Position numbers and translations under genes: made by a program. From contig JBEKDI010000006.1 of the NCBI GenBank assembly GCA_050014435.1, positions 9,205 to 73,204 of the forward strand: a DNA stretch of 64,000 nucleotides, in the 5' to 3' direction. The DNA comes from Verrucomicrobiota bacterium. Its GTDB lineage: Bacteria > Verrucomicrobiota > Verrucomicrobiia > Limisphaerales > Palsa-1400. Every line of letters begins with the position of its first letter. Positions within the stretch are counted from its first letter, which is position 1. Below are positions 40,129-49,468 of this stretch, piece after piece. The notes beneath the pieces were generated by a model. It made no database searches. It saw only the letters and a program-made list of their open reading frames with translations, and was not told where the DNA came from.

Positions 40129-42984
40129 TCAGGTGCTAATATGATTTTGACCCCGGCCGCGTTGGGGTCGCTCTCCCAGCATTCTGGTGTTTTTGTGCTC
40201 ATAATTTTGTTTTTGTTGATGATTTTTGCGTTGAGTCGTTTTTAGATGGCAGAACATATCCGCTGCCCGCTGCCCAAACCGAAGCAGGTAGCCATGCAGG
40301 TGATCCCAAAGCACGTTGCTACGACGCGGCACGAAATCACCCGCTAATTCCAGTGCCAATGGCCGGTGACCGGAGCGGGACACGTTTTCGCGCAACTGCT
40401 CCTTGTCCGGCGTGAATATGCGGACGCCGCGCCGACCACGAGAGATGGTCACATACCACTGCTGCCCATTCGTCGCCGCCCTGATGGTGGAATCAGAAAA
40501 GAGAACGTAATCCACCGTCTTGCCCTGTGAACCATAGGACGTGACCGCGTAGCCGGGCAGGAACTCGCGGAAACTTTTGTCCAAAACGCGCCCGTCCGTC
40601 AGTTTGATGCCGCCGTCAGGCTGAACGGCCTTGACCGTGACCAGTTCACCGTTTGTAACGCGGCCACCGGATATTAGCTTGCGATTGGCTTTAAGATGCA
40701 AACGGTCGCCGGACGCAAGATTTACCTCACGGGTTTGGCAGAGCGTGATGCGGTCGAGCAATTTGTTCGGGACGGTGACAAATTTACCACCGACTTCGAT
40801 CAGCACACCCACCTTCACGATGCCAGCCAGTTTTCCTTTGGCACCGGGTTGAGCCGCGCTGACTTTTTGATTGAAGACGACGACGGCATCCGGCGGGTAA
40901 AATCGTGCATCGCGTTTCTGGGCATTCGTCAGGTCTAGCTTATCGAGCACCTTAACCACCGTGTCCGCTGCACCCAGCAATCCTTTTCCTTTCAACCCAT
41001 CGCGCACGCGTGAATTGACGCGATGCACTTCCCCCCAGGTTTGTGAGACCACCACGGCCGCAGCGTTTTGTTCCGCAAGCCGGACATATTCAGCGGCGAG
41101 CTTGTCCGCCTGTTCACCCAAACCGCACTGGACCACTGCGCCCATTTTTTCGAGGCGTTCAAAGGACTCGCCCATCTTGCCCGCCGCCGCCAGTTCAACC
41201 GCCTTGCGATATTTTTTGATGCGGGTGCGTTCATCGTCATCCCGGCCCCGCGTCGGGTCTTGGCGGCGAATTTTGTGCAACTCGACTGGTTTGACACCGG
41301 AATGTCGCTCGATGGCGAGCAGCGCGTCCGAGGCTTCCACGGCTCCATGCTGTCGCGTATCTCCGGCGAGGATCAGTCGGGCGTTGCGTTCGCGAATCAG
41401 CCGAACCAGGTCAAGCATCTGCCGCCCGCCAATCTGCCCCGCCTCGTCCACCACCACGACCGCGCCAGTGACCAGTTCGGGTTTGATCAGGAAGCTTGCG
41501 AGCGTCATGGGCGTTGGAAATCCGGCCTTCTCCATTTCCACGACTTGCTGACGTTGCGGCGCGAGCACAACCACGTGCCGACCGGATTGCTGAACTTGCT
41601 CAACCAGTTCGTTCAGGACAAAACTTTTACCAGTCCCAGCCCCTCCGCGAAACACAGATACCGTGTTCGTTGAGGCAAGCAGGGCTTTTATCGCGGTTCG
41701 TTGCTCGTCATCCAGTTTTGGATTGATTGGGTGGGGATTTCTCACCAGCGGATGAAGTGCCGCCACCCCCTCTCTGGCGGTTTCAACAATTTCCCATTCG
41801 CGCATCAAAACTTCGCGCAACGTCACCAGATTGGGATGCGCTTTGTCCCGGACGTAACCACGCTGCCGGGTGAAGTCTGTCAGTTCTGATATGGTGAAAT
41901 TCTCACCCCGCGCCCGACCTAATGCCTCCTGCCAAAGCTGGCATTCCAGCACGATTGAATTCCGGTCGAATAAATGTTCCTCCGCCCATGTAACCGCTTC
42001 AGCCACGCCAATGGGTTTATTATTCTTCACCGCTTTCTCCGGGATTTTCTGAAGTTGACGGAGCGATTCACGCTCGCTTTTGGTCAATTGTGAATTCCAG
42101 AGTGTTTGCAATTCATGCCGGCCCAAGTTTTTTTGTTTTCGGGTCCGTTCCGTGGTCGCCAGTTGTTCGCGCAAGTCCTGGAAATTTCCGGCGGCTAGTT
42201 TCGGTTTTTCCTTCAGTAATTTTGTCAGCGCCTCATCAACCTGTGTGTGGCGTTTGGAGAAACGGTCGCATAATTCTTCAGAAACACCTTCCACCTGGAA
42301 ATCTCCGCGCGCCCGATTGTGAAGTTGATAACCGAAACGGCGAAGTTCGCGGGCCAGTTCGTGGTAATAAACATTCTCGGCAAATTTTCTGGCGCGCAGA
42401 AGTTCATAGTTCTGGAGAGCTTTCCAGCGATTTTCAACCGGATCAAAGGTCGCATTGAATACGATGCAGTGCGTGTGCAAATGAGGATCAAGCGCGCGGG
42501 ATGTATCGTGTGTGAAAAGTGCCGCCGCAAAGTTGCCCGTCAGCCGGTCGTTCTGTGCGCCATTTTTCCGAATCCGCGTGGCTGCAAACGCCTCAAATTC
42601 ACGAAGGGCGGATTTGACGGCGTGAGCATGGACTTCCAGAATTCGTCCGTCTTCACTTATCAAACCCGCGATGGAAACCGACTTCGGCGGGGAAAATGTA
42701 AAGTCGTAAAAGATTCGCCGGTCCGCCACCTTCTCGCCATTTTGAATCCGCGTGGTTTTCAATTCCGGCGTCAACTTCTCACCTGTGGCCGGATGTTGAT
42801 TCTCACACAGCCGCAGAAAATCTTCGGCGCGGACTTTCCCGGACAATCCAAGTCGTTCCGCTCCCAACCCAATCCATTCGCCGGCCACACGTTGACCTTG
42901 ATCATAGTAATCACCGACGCAGAGATGTTCCTCGAAGTATTCCTGCGCGTTCTTCAGGTTGTGTTGTGTCTTGGCCGTGACCAT
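40129..42984 (-). CDS. MOBF-type conjugative relaxase (TrwC/TraI-like) with C-terminal RecD-like helicase
   Basis: Relaxase motifs FYDFTFSPPKSVS and HDTSRALDPHLHTHCIVFN. The helicase carries Walker A FRGGAGTGKSF, VVVDEAGQ, and a C-terminal YAVTSYGSQGKTVD. Confidence 0.9.
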   Translation of the reverse strand: MVTAKTQHNLKNAQEYFEEHLCVGDYYDQGQRVAGEWIGLGAERLGLSGKVRAEDFLRLCENQHPATGEKLTPELKTTRIQNGEKVADRRIFYDFTFSPPKSVSIAGLISEDGRILEVHAHAVKSALREFEAFAATRIRKNGAQNDRLTGNFAAALFTHDTSRALDPHLHTHCIVFNATFDPVENRWKALQNYELLRARKFAENVYYHELARELRRFGYQLHNRARGDFQVEGVSEELCDRFSKRHTQVDEALTKLLKEKPKLAAGNFQDLREQLATTERTRKQKNLGRHELQTLWNSQLTKSERESLRQLQKIPEKAVKNNKPIGVAEAVTWAEEHLFDRNSIVLECQLWQEALGRARGENFTISELTDFTRQRGYVRDKAHPNLVTLREVLMREWEIVETAREGVAALHPLVRNPHPINPKLDDEQRTAIKALLASTNTVSVFRGGAGTGKSFVLNELVEQVQQSGRHVVVLAPQRQQVVEMEKAGFPTPMTLASFLIKPELVTGAVVVVDEAGQIGGRQMLDLVRLIRERNARLILAGDTRQHGAVEASDALLAIERHSGVKPVELHKIRRQDPTRGRDDDERTRIKKYRKAVELAAAGKMGESFERLEKMGAVVQCGLGEQADKLAAEYVRLAEQNAAAVVVSQTWGEVHRVNSRVRDGLKGKGLLGAADTVVKVLDKLDLTNAQKRDARFYPPDAVVVFNQKVSAAQPGAKGKLAGIVKVGVLIEVGGKFVTVPNKLLDRITLCQTREVNLASGDRLHLKANRKLISGGRVTNGELVTVKAVQPDGGIKLTDGRVLDKSFREFLPGYAVTSYGSQGKTVDYVLFSDSTIRAATNGQQWYVTISRGRRGVRIFTPDKEQLRENVSRSGHRPLALELAGDFVPRRSNVLWDHLHGYLLRFGQRAADMFCHLKTTQRKNHQQKQNYEHKNTRMLGERPQRGRGQNHIST

Positions 42985-43347
42985 GCAACGGACATTAACA
43001 GGACTGTCTGCGCATCATGTGTAGCTGATACATCTTCGCGCACTTGATTTCTGGTGAACTGTCGCCATGAAAACGAGTGCGACACTGAAGTCTGGCAAGC
43101 GACTCTGGGGAATTTACCACACCGACCGGGAATTCGCCCGCGAGTTGGGTGATCCACTTCGCACCGTCGTTGAAGCGCCGAACAAACTCATCGCCGAGGA
43201 ATCCGCCGCACAACTTGGATTTGGTGATCCGTGGGCGCATCCAGTCAATTCTGTAACGGCGAGACAGGCACAGTGGCATCACAAAAGCCGCCCAGGTCAC
43301 CGGCAGGAACTCGCGCACAAACCATCTCGCGGCATCCACATCTAATT

Positions 43348-43602
43348 ATGCAAACTCCATCCACATCCCAAATTCGCACTGCCATTGAGGTGCTCAAAAA
43401 ATATGGCGAACACATCAATCACAACGCCGTCAACACAGTGATCGAATTGTCCGACTCACAACTTCACGACCAACAACCTGGCCGAATTGAAGCCCGGACG
43501 ATTGAACAAACCACCCGCATTGAGACCGTCGCCGCACAACTGGAGCATTGGCGCGACGAGTTGTTGCAGCAGAGGAGGCAGTGTGTTTTTCATCATGTTT
43601 AA
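43348..43602 (+). CDS. hypothetical small protein
   Basis: 84-aa ORF from an ATG, divergent from the relaxase. It looks helical (QIRTAIEVLKKYGEHINHNAV). Coding status is uncertain. Confidence 0.35.
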   Translation: MQTPSTSQIRTAIEVLKKYGEHINHNAVNTVIELSDSQLHDQQPGRIEARTIEQTTRIETVAAQLEHWRDELLQQRRQCVFHHV

Positions 43603-43744
43603 GACAAGGCACGCCCTACCCCTGCCGGGAGGCAGGTTCTCATGGCCGCGAATCGGTCGCGGTGGAGGCGCGGAACGGCTTCGCAGTATGTATCGCTCAT
43701 GGCCGCAAACGCGGCATGGCCACGGTCATGATCTGGTTCAATGC

Positions 43745-44012
43745 CTGCCACGGACGCAATCTGTCCGTGTCCGCAACCAGTCCGCATCCGCGTTCTGTCC
43801 ACGCCAACAAGCACGTTCACAAACAGTCCGTATTCACGGACAGGCAATGGCGTCAATTGTCCATGAATGCGCATCGGCAGCGGTCACGGATTGTCCGCAA
43901 CCAGGCCAAAGTCGTGAACCATCCACGCCCGCGAATTGGCCATGGACGCGATTTGTCCGCAGTCGCAGACCGGCAATGTATTATGCGCGTCGCCGCATCG
44001 CTTTGTCCGCTT
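43745..44012. repeat. field of GTCCG/CGGAC half-site repeats (candidate oriT or centromere-like site)
   Basis: Inverted-repeat units: CGGACgcaatctGTCCG 43751-43767, GTCCGtattcaCGGAC 43826-43841, and GGACgcgatttGTCC(G) 43944-43959. The 13-mer TGTCCGCAACCAG occurs at 43769 and 43892. TTTGTCCGC lies at 44002. Confidence 0.6.
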
Positions 44013-44057
44013 GGGCGTCAATTAATTTCCCGGTTCAAATTCAAATAACTCCATTTT

Positions 44058-44501
44058 ATGAACACGTTTGATCCAGCCGAAGTCCGCAAGGCGGTCGCCG
44101 AATTCACTCCGCGCCGGCCACAGAAGTTTCAGGATTTAATCCCGGCTCACGAAGTCATCGTTGAGTTGCGGCAGAAAAGCGCTTCGTATCGCTCCATCGC
44201 CGACTTGCTGACGCAACATTGTTTGCCGACCAGCAAGACGGCCATCGCCATGTTCTGTCACCAAGTTCTCGGCGAAAACATCCGGCCACGCAAGCGGCCA
44301 GCGCGGAAACGACCGCCAACTTCGTTGTCCCCGAATGGGGGAACAAATGCTGCGGAGTTAGTGCCAGCGGGTGAATCCAGCACCCCGACAGAACCGGCCC
44401 CCAATTCTGATAACGGTGAAACACGTTCGCGCGGCCCGCGCATCGCACAGATCCGCAAACTAACCCCACAATCCCATGAAAAGACTGATTCTCATCCTTA
44501 A
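44058..44501 (+). CDS. hypothetical protein (possible HTH accessory protein of the transfer/partition operon)
   Basis: First ORF after the repeat field. VELRQKSASYRSIADLLTQHCLPTSKTAI resembles a resolvase-type HTH. The C-terminal half is low-complexity. It overlaps the parA-like start. Confidence 0.45.
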   Translation: MNTFDPAEVRKAVAEFTPRRPQKFQDLIPAHEVIVELRQKSASYRSIADLLTQHCLPTSKTAIAMFCHQVLGENIRPRKRPARKRPPTSLSPNGGTNAAELVPAGESSTPTEPAPNSDNGETRSRGPRIAQIRKLTPQSHEKTDSHP

Positions 44502-45168
44502 TGGCAAAGGCGGCGTCGGCAAAAGTTTCTTCGCCGTCAATTTCATCCAATTCCTCAAAGACAAGGGCGTCGCCCATGTCGCGATTGACAGCGATAATGA
44601 AAACTCGACGTTGAAACGGTTTCATCCCGACACACGGTTTCTCGATTTGAGCAAACGGCGTGACCTTGACGCCATTTTTACTGCATTGGCAAAGACAAAT
44701 CTGGTCGTCGTGGATTGCCGCGCCGCCTCCACCGACCTGTTTATTGATTTCTTCAACGAAATTGATTTGCCAGCCATGCTTGCAGCGTTTGACGCCAAGC
44801 TCACCCTGGTCATGCCGGTGAATCACGAATCGGACAGCGTGGATCAAATTCAACGAATGACCGATGAATTCAAAACCCGGTGCAATTACGTTGTCGTCCG
44901 TAACGCTGCGCACAGCGAGAGCTTCGCCATTTTTGAATCCAGCGAAGTCCGTTCGCTCCTCGCTGACAAACTCGACGGACGTGAAATCGCCATGACCCGG
45001 ATGCAGGACTGGCTGGTCGAGGCGCTCAATGCGGAAAATCTGACCATCGCGGCAGCCATGAAACATCCTTCGTTCAGCCTGCTGGATCGGCAACGAATCC
45101 AAACCTGGCAGCGGAAACTTTTCGCTGAAATCGAATCCGCCGCTGAAATCCTTTTGCCTTCAAAATAA
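44476..45168 (+). CDS. ParA/MinD-like P-loop ATPase (TraL-like)
   Basis: Deviant Walker A LNGKGGVGKS and VVVDCRA Walker B. It sits in an operon with the coupling protein. Confidence 0.8.
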   Translation: MKRLILILNGKGGVGKSFFAVNFIQFLKDKGVAHVAIDSDNENSTLKRFHPDTRFLDLSKRRDLDAIFTALAKTNLVVVDCRAASTDLFIDFFNEIDLPAMLAAFDAKLTLVMPVNHESDSVDQIQRMTDEFKTRCNYVVVRNAAHSESFAIFESSEVRSLLADKLDGREIAMTRMQDWLVEALNAENLTIAAAMKHPSFSLLDRQRIQTWQRKLFAEIESAAEILLPSK

Positions 45169-45539
45169 TGTCAGCACCTAAAAAAGAGCAATCCGACTAC
45201 GACGAGGAATTCACCAAGGCCGTTGCCGAGTGGCGCGATAGACATCGGCTGCGAGAAGACGACGTGGTGATATTCCTCGTCGAGTTGTTCCGCATCCACC
45301 AGCGGCATTGGGATGAACTGCGCCGCCGGGAGATGCCCGCATTTGGCGAATTTCGGACCGGCATCGGCAAGCTCGCCGAAACCGCCCGAACTTTTCAGGC
45401 TGAATCGGCGGCCCTGTTGGAAGCGATGCGTAACCAGCCGGCGGGTGAAAAGCTGGTTAGGATAACCCGCACCGCCGCGATTTTCGCCGCACTCGCCTGC
45501 CTGCTGGCCGGTTATCTCATCGGAAAGTATCACCCATGA
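45168..45539 (+). CDS. hypothetical membrane-anchored protein
   Basis: 123 aa with a C-terminal TM (AAIFAALACLLAGYLIG). Its start and stop overlap the neighbouring genes. Confidence 0.5.
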   Translation: MSAPKKEQSDYDEEFTKAVAEWRDRHRLREDDVVIFLVELFRIHQRHWDELRRREMPAFGEFRTGIGKLAETARTFQAESAALLEAMRNQPAGEKLVRITRTAAIFAALACLLAGYLIGKYHP

Positions 45540-47008
45540 TATTCAATTTTACCCAATTAAAAGCGCACATTCATCTCCAATACTTTCAAAATGAGATGAA
45601 AACCGTGAAGTTCGCGGCAGGAATTCTTCTGCTGATCCTGACAATTTGGGTGTTGCTAAAATCACGAGGGAAAAGCCCGGTCGCAAAGCTCGGCGGCTTG
45701 TCGTGGAAACGCAACCAATTTTGTCGTGGCTGGCTCATCACCGGTGACACCGGCTCTGGCAAGACCAGTTCCGGCATCAATCAACTCGCCCATCAAGTAT
45801 TCCAAAACGAACCGAAATGGGGCGGGCTGTGCGTTGATGAAAAGGGCGTTTATTGGGAAACGCTGGCTGCGATGGCACGTCAATATGACCGTGAACACGA
45901 TTTGATACATCTGCAAATCCGCGACGACGACACCGATGGGCAATCGCCGCCGCCGCACCGTTACAACTTGACCGGCGACCGCAGCATCCCATTTTCCACC
46001 TACGCCAAGTTCATCGTGGATACCGCCACCAGTCTGGGACAGGGCGGCGACAAAGGCTTTTTCAAAAGCCAGGCCCAGACTCATATCGCTTACGCCCTCG
46101 AAATGCTCTATGAATTGAACCTGCCTGTGACGTTGCTGGGTGCTTATGAATTGTTGTCCGATCCCGAAAAACTCGAAACAGAAATGGCAAATCTTGAAAA
46201 CCTTAATGAAACACCCCGCCGGGTCGCCGTTCATGCCCACTTTTTCGACCGTTTTATCACCCAACCGGCTGAACAATTTGGCGGCGTCCGTGAAACCATT
46301 GGCAACTACCTGCAATATTTCCTGACGCCGGGGGTTGCCGAAGTATTCTGCACAGGCGAAAGCACGTTTCATTTTTCGGCAATTGATTCAGGCAAAATCA
46401 TTCTCACGACGATGCCGCAAAAGTTTCAGACCGAGCGGCGTTATGTGAACACATTCTTGAAATTGCTTTTTTACAATCATGCCTTGCGCCGCTTTGACAA
46501 ATCCAAGGCCGACCGGTCAAAAGCCAATTTGCTCATCCTTTGGGCCGACGAGGCGCAGCGGTTCATGACGGCCAGCGAAGACGGCACGAGCGATTACAAT
46601 TGTGTGGATGTAATCCGGGAGGCCGGAGCCACCGTTGTCGCCGCCGCGCAAAGCACCACTTCGTTAATTCCACCGCTCGGCAATGACAAATCAAAAGTCC
46701 TGACTTTGAATCTGCGCAACCGGATGGTTTTCCGCTCTGCCGATGAAGCCGATGCCGTTCAAGCCGCCGATTTCATCGGCAAAAAGCGGGTCGTGAAACG
46801 CTCTTGGGGTTACAGCGCCGGAAAGCGCAATGTGAATTACAACGAGATTGAAGAGCACAAAATCAAGCCGCACAAACTTCGCAATCTCCGCGATCACGAA
46901 TGTGTTCTGGTTCACTGCGAGCGGGGATTTCGTCAGGTAACGCTGCCGCCTTTGGAAGCTGACGGCACGGTTTCAAAATGGTTTCCGTGGTGGAGAAAAT
47001 TATTCTGA
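45536..47008 (+). CDS. type IV coupling protein (TraG/TraD/VirD4 family)
   Basis: N-terminal TM, Walker A ITGDTGSGKTSSG, Walker B LLILWADEAQRF. Confidence 0.8.
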   Translation: MIFNFTQLKAHIHLQYFQNEMKTVKFAAGILLLILTIWVLLKSRGKSPVAKLGGLSWKRNQFCRGWLITGDTGSGKTSSGINQLAHQVFQNEPKWGGLCVDEKGVYWETLAAMARQYDREHDLIHLQIRDDDTDGQSPPPHRYNLTGDRSIPFSTYAKFIVDTATSLGQGGDKGFFKSQAQTHIAYALEMLYELNLPVTLLGAYELLSDPEKLETEMANLENLNETPRRVAVHAHFFDRFITQPAEQFGGVRETIGNYLQYFLTPGVAEVFCTGESTFHFSAIDSGKIILTTMPQKFQTERRYVNTFLKLLFYNHALRRFDKSKADRSKANLLILWADEAQRFMTASEDGTSDYNCVDVIREAGATVVAAAQSTTSLIPPLGNDKSKVLTLNLRNRMVFRSADEADAVQAADFIGKKRVVKRSWGYSAGKRNVNYNEIEEHKIKPHKLRNLRDHECVLVHCERGFRQVTLPPLEADGTVSKWFPWWRKLF

Positions 47009-47146
47009 ATAATCCTCGTTGCGCAACAAGGCGGCGTGAACTTCAGCAGGTTTACCCGTCAGATCATTGTCCGCCCATTTCCAGAAATAGTAGGTGGCGA
47101 TCATTTGTTTGGCGCCGAATCAATGTGTTTATGTTCTGACACTGCC

Positions 47147-47671
47147 TTAGTTCATCTGGAACCGGGACGGTCCGTTCAGTTTGGGTTTGCTGGTCTTGGT
47201 TTTGCTCTTTGTCTTCTCTTCGGATGTTTTCAATTCCGCCAGCACCTTAGCGGGGGCGACTCCGGCGTAAATAACCTGCATGATGGCCGGCAGAAACCGG
47301 TCCATTGTCGACATGTTCAAGGAGAGGAGATTGTCCAGATGCTCCTGCTTGGGCGGCTCCTCGTCATACGGGATGGTGGTTTTGAAAAAAAGCTGACCGT
47401 CCACGAAATCCATCTCAAAACAGCCAAGCGCCATCGCAAAATTGATCCGCGTCAGGAGCTCGGCGCAGGCCACCCGTTTCGGCTCCGGGCAGTCGACGGG
47501 AAACCGGGATAAAATCGCAAACGCGAAATCCGTCACGGCACCGGCGCGAACGCGCCATTGGCCGTTGTCACCGCGGCATCCCGTGATGATCATCTGGGTT
47601 TCCTCCTCCAGTTCGAAATTCCAGTCCCTGGCCTTGAAAACCTCGGTCATTTTCTCCGTTGCAGCATTCAT
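47147..47671 (-). CDS. YbjN-like (putative chaperone/sensory) domain protein
   Basis: ATG at 47671. An acidic ~140-aa globular part is followed by a Lys-rich tail. The family assignment rests on overall pattern only. Confidence 0.4.
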   Translation of the reverse strand: MNAATEKMTEVFKARDWNFELEEETQMIITGCRGDNGQWRVRAGAVTDFAFAILSRFPVDCPEPKRVACAELLTRINFAMALGCFEMDFVDGQLFFKTTIPYDEEPPKQEHLDNLLSLNMSTMDRFLPAIMQVIYAGVAPAKVLAELKTSEEKTKSKTKTSKPKLNGPSRFQMN

Positions 47672-47760
47672 GTTTTCCTTTGGTTTTGTTGGTTGATAAA
47701 GCTTCTGCGCCCAACTTAAACCAATGGGTATGACAAAGACTGTCACACACTAAATAAACA

Positions 47761-47916
47761 CGGGAGTATGTATTTAACGCAAATCAGGTCAAAAGCGGCG
47801 ACTGGCTTTAACTGGCTATCCCTTTTGCGGGGGGCATCCATCAACACGATTGCCCGTTTTCAAAAAACAAACTTTTTTGCAGACATCGTCCAATTTGCGT
47901 TATCTACATACTCCCG
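47761..47916. mobile_element. 156-bp MITE-like element with 24-bp terminal inverted repeats and an 8-bp target-site duplication
   Basis: IR-L CGGGAGTATGTATTTAACGCAAAT (47761-47784) matches the reverse complement of 47893-47916 at 22 of 24 positions. AATAAACA directly abuts both ends (47753-47760 and 47917-47924). Confidence 0.55.
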
Positions 47917-47958
47917 AATAAACACGAAAATATGTTTTGGAAGCTAAGGAAAGGTCGG

Positions 47959-48951
47959 CTAGGTCTTGTAGCGGTTCAGCAAATTTTTAGCCGTTTCGCG
48001 CAACCGTTCGGCAAGCGCCTCCGGGCGGATTACGGTGGCGTGTTTGCCCCAGCTTAAGACCCAGCGTTCGGCTTCCTCAATGCTATTTAATCGCAAACGC
48101 AAGCGGAGTTGGCGTCTGGGCAACTCGATAATTTCCTGGCTGGCGTGCCATTTCCGCCCACGGACAAGGTCCGCCGCCCAGGAATCAAATTCCACCACGA
48201 TTTCATAATCGTCCTCACCCTTGAAAACGCTAAAACTACCCTTCAAGTATTCGTTCAGGTTGAATTTTTTGGGGATTGTGAAACGTTCGGTCGTGATTTC
48301 AGGGGATTTCAATCGCACAAGGGCAAATGTGCGCATCGCCTGGCGCTTCACGTCAAAAGCGAACAGATACCAGTGATTGTCCACGCAACCCAGGTGATAC
48401 GGATGCACCAACCGCCCTTGCGCCTTATCTGTGTCCAAGTTCCTGTATTGGAATTTCAACACCCGCCGTTCCTTCAAAGCCCGGGTCAGTATCTCAAAAG
48501 TTTCTAAATCGTTATCCTCCGGCGCAAAGGGTCGGAAAGATAACGCCTCATCCAAATTACCAATCAAATATCTTGCAGAGGAATCCAACTGGCCGGTCAA
48601 TCTGCGGAAAGCCAGTGCTAATGGGTGTTCAAACGGTGTGCCCCGGTATTGGGCAACAGCTTTGTGCGCCACCAGCAGGGCGAAAATCTCCGCTTCGGTG
48701 AACGGCAGTTGTGGGAATTGTTCCACCATTTCCGTGTAATAATAGCCGTTGCGCTGGCTGTCGAATTCAATGGGCAGGTTCAGGCGGTCCCTCATAAAAT
48801 CCATGTCCCGCATAATGGTGCGCAGGGAAACCTCAAATTCGTTGGCCAATTTGGAACAATTGGGAAACGACTCCTCTTTGATAAGGTTGTGAAAGCGCAT
48901 CATCCGCTCCCATGGCGGACGGCTGAATGCCTTGTTTTGAATTTTGGCCAT
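47959..48951 (-). CDS. HTH-WYL-WCX transcriptional regulator (BrxR/CapW/PafBC-like architecture)
   Basis: N-terminal wHTH (NCSKLANEFEVSLRTIMRDMDFMR). The WYL domain contains VHPYHLGCVDNHWYLFAFD. A C-terminal extension follows. ATG at 48951. Confidence 0.9.
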   Translation of the reverse strand: MAKIQNKAFSRPPWERMMRFHNLIKEESFPNCSKLANEFEVSLRTIMRDMDFMRDRLNLPIEFDSQRNGYYYTEMVEQFPQLPFTEAEIFALLVAHKAVAQYRGTPFEHPLALAFRRLTGQLDSSARYLIGNLDEALSFRPFAPEDNDLETFEILTRALKERRVLKFQYRNLDTDKAQGRLVHPYHLGCVDNHWYLFAFDVKRQAMRTFALVRLKSPEITTERFTIPKKFNLNEYLKGSFSVFKGEDDYEIVVEFDSWAADLVRGRKWHASQEIIELPRRQLRLRLRLNSIEEAERWVLSWGKHATVIRPEALAERLRETAKNLLNRYKT

Positions 48952-49156
48952 ATTTCTTTTTGCACCCTCTGACACCACATGTCAAACCCTTCCTGCCTGG
49001 TGCTCTAAAAAAGAATTTCCACCTGTGACCGTATTTGTCATACCCCCGCCGATAATCTGCCCGAATGAATATTAAATTGTCCCTCGATAATCCGATGGTG
49101 TCGCATTTCGCCCAAAGTTGCGATTTGTCGTTACCTTCACGTCCTTAAAATTATTT

Positions 49157-49468
49157 ATGAATAAAATACTGATTGGAACCAACGAACATAAATTCTGCGA
49201 TGTGAGCGAATCTTGGATACACCATCATGTCCATGAGCGGCATGCTGAAGGTCAACCAGTGTGCGCACAAGTCATCTTAAAAACTCATTCCGTGGATATG
49301 GCGCTTTCTACCCCGCACTGCACTCGCGGGCACGGCGGCGGGCGGCGTCCCAACCAAAAAGAAGAAGAAATCCTCAAGATTTGGGAGAACGAACACCTCA
49401 ATGACCCTGCTTGGACGGCAGGTAATTTGATTGCTTTCGTCAAACGGGTGCGTCACTTGGTTTGCTAG
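49157..49468 (+). CDS. hypothetical His/Cys-rich small protein (first gene of the chaperone-recBCD operon)
   Basis: A 103-aa ORF from ATG 49157: MNKILIGTNEHKFCDVSESWIHHHVHERHAEGQPVC...HC.RGH. It is AT-rich. No family recognised. Confidence 0.5.
   Translation: MNKILIGTNEHKFCDVSESWIHHHVHERHAEGQPVCAQVILKTHSVDMALSTPHCTRGHGGGRRPNQKEEEILKIWENEHLNDPAWTAGNLIAFVKRVRHLVC

Larger units (their letters stand above)
33957..47008. mobile_element. remnant of an integrated conjugative or mobilisable element with defence cargo; boundaries not defined
   Basis: A repeat-rich non-coding edge lies at 33957-34400. It is followed by hipBA, an AT-rich Gabija-like pair, radC, a MOBF relaxase, a parA-like gene and a T4 coupling protein. 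No integrase or T4SS pore genes are seen. Confidence 0.5.

Noticed and set aside
43487-44071. 194-aa and 166-aa + strand ORFs over the GTCCG repeat field
   Set aside because: The peptides are Arg/Ser/Pro-rich and dictated by the DNA repeats. The region is better explained as a cis-acting site.
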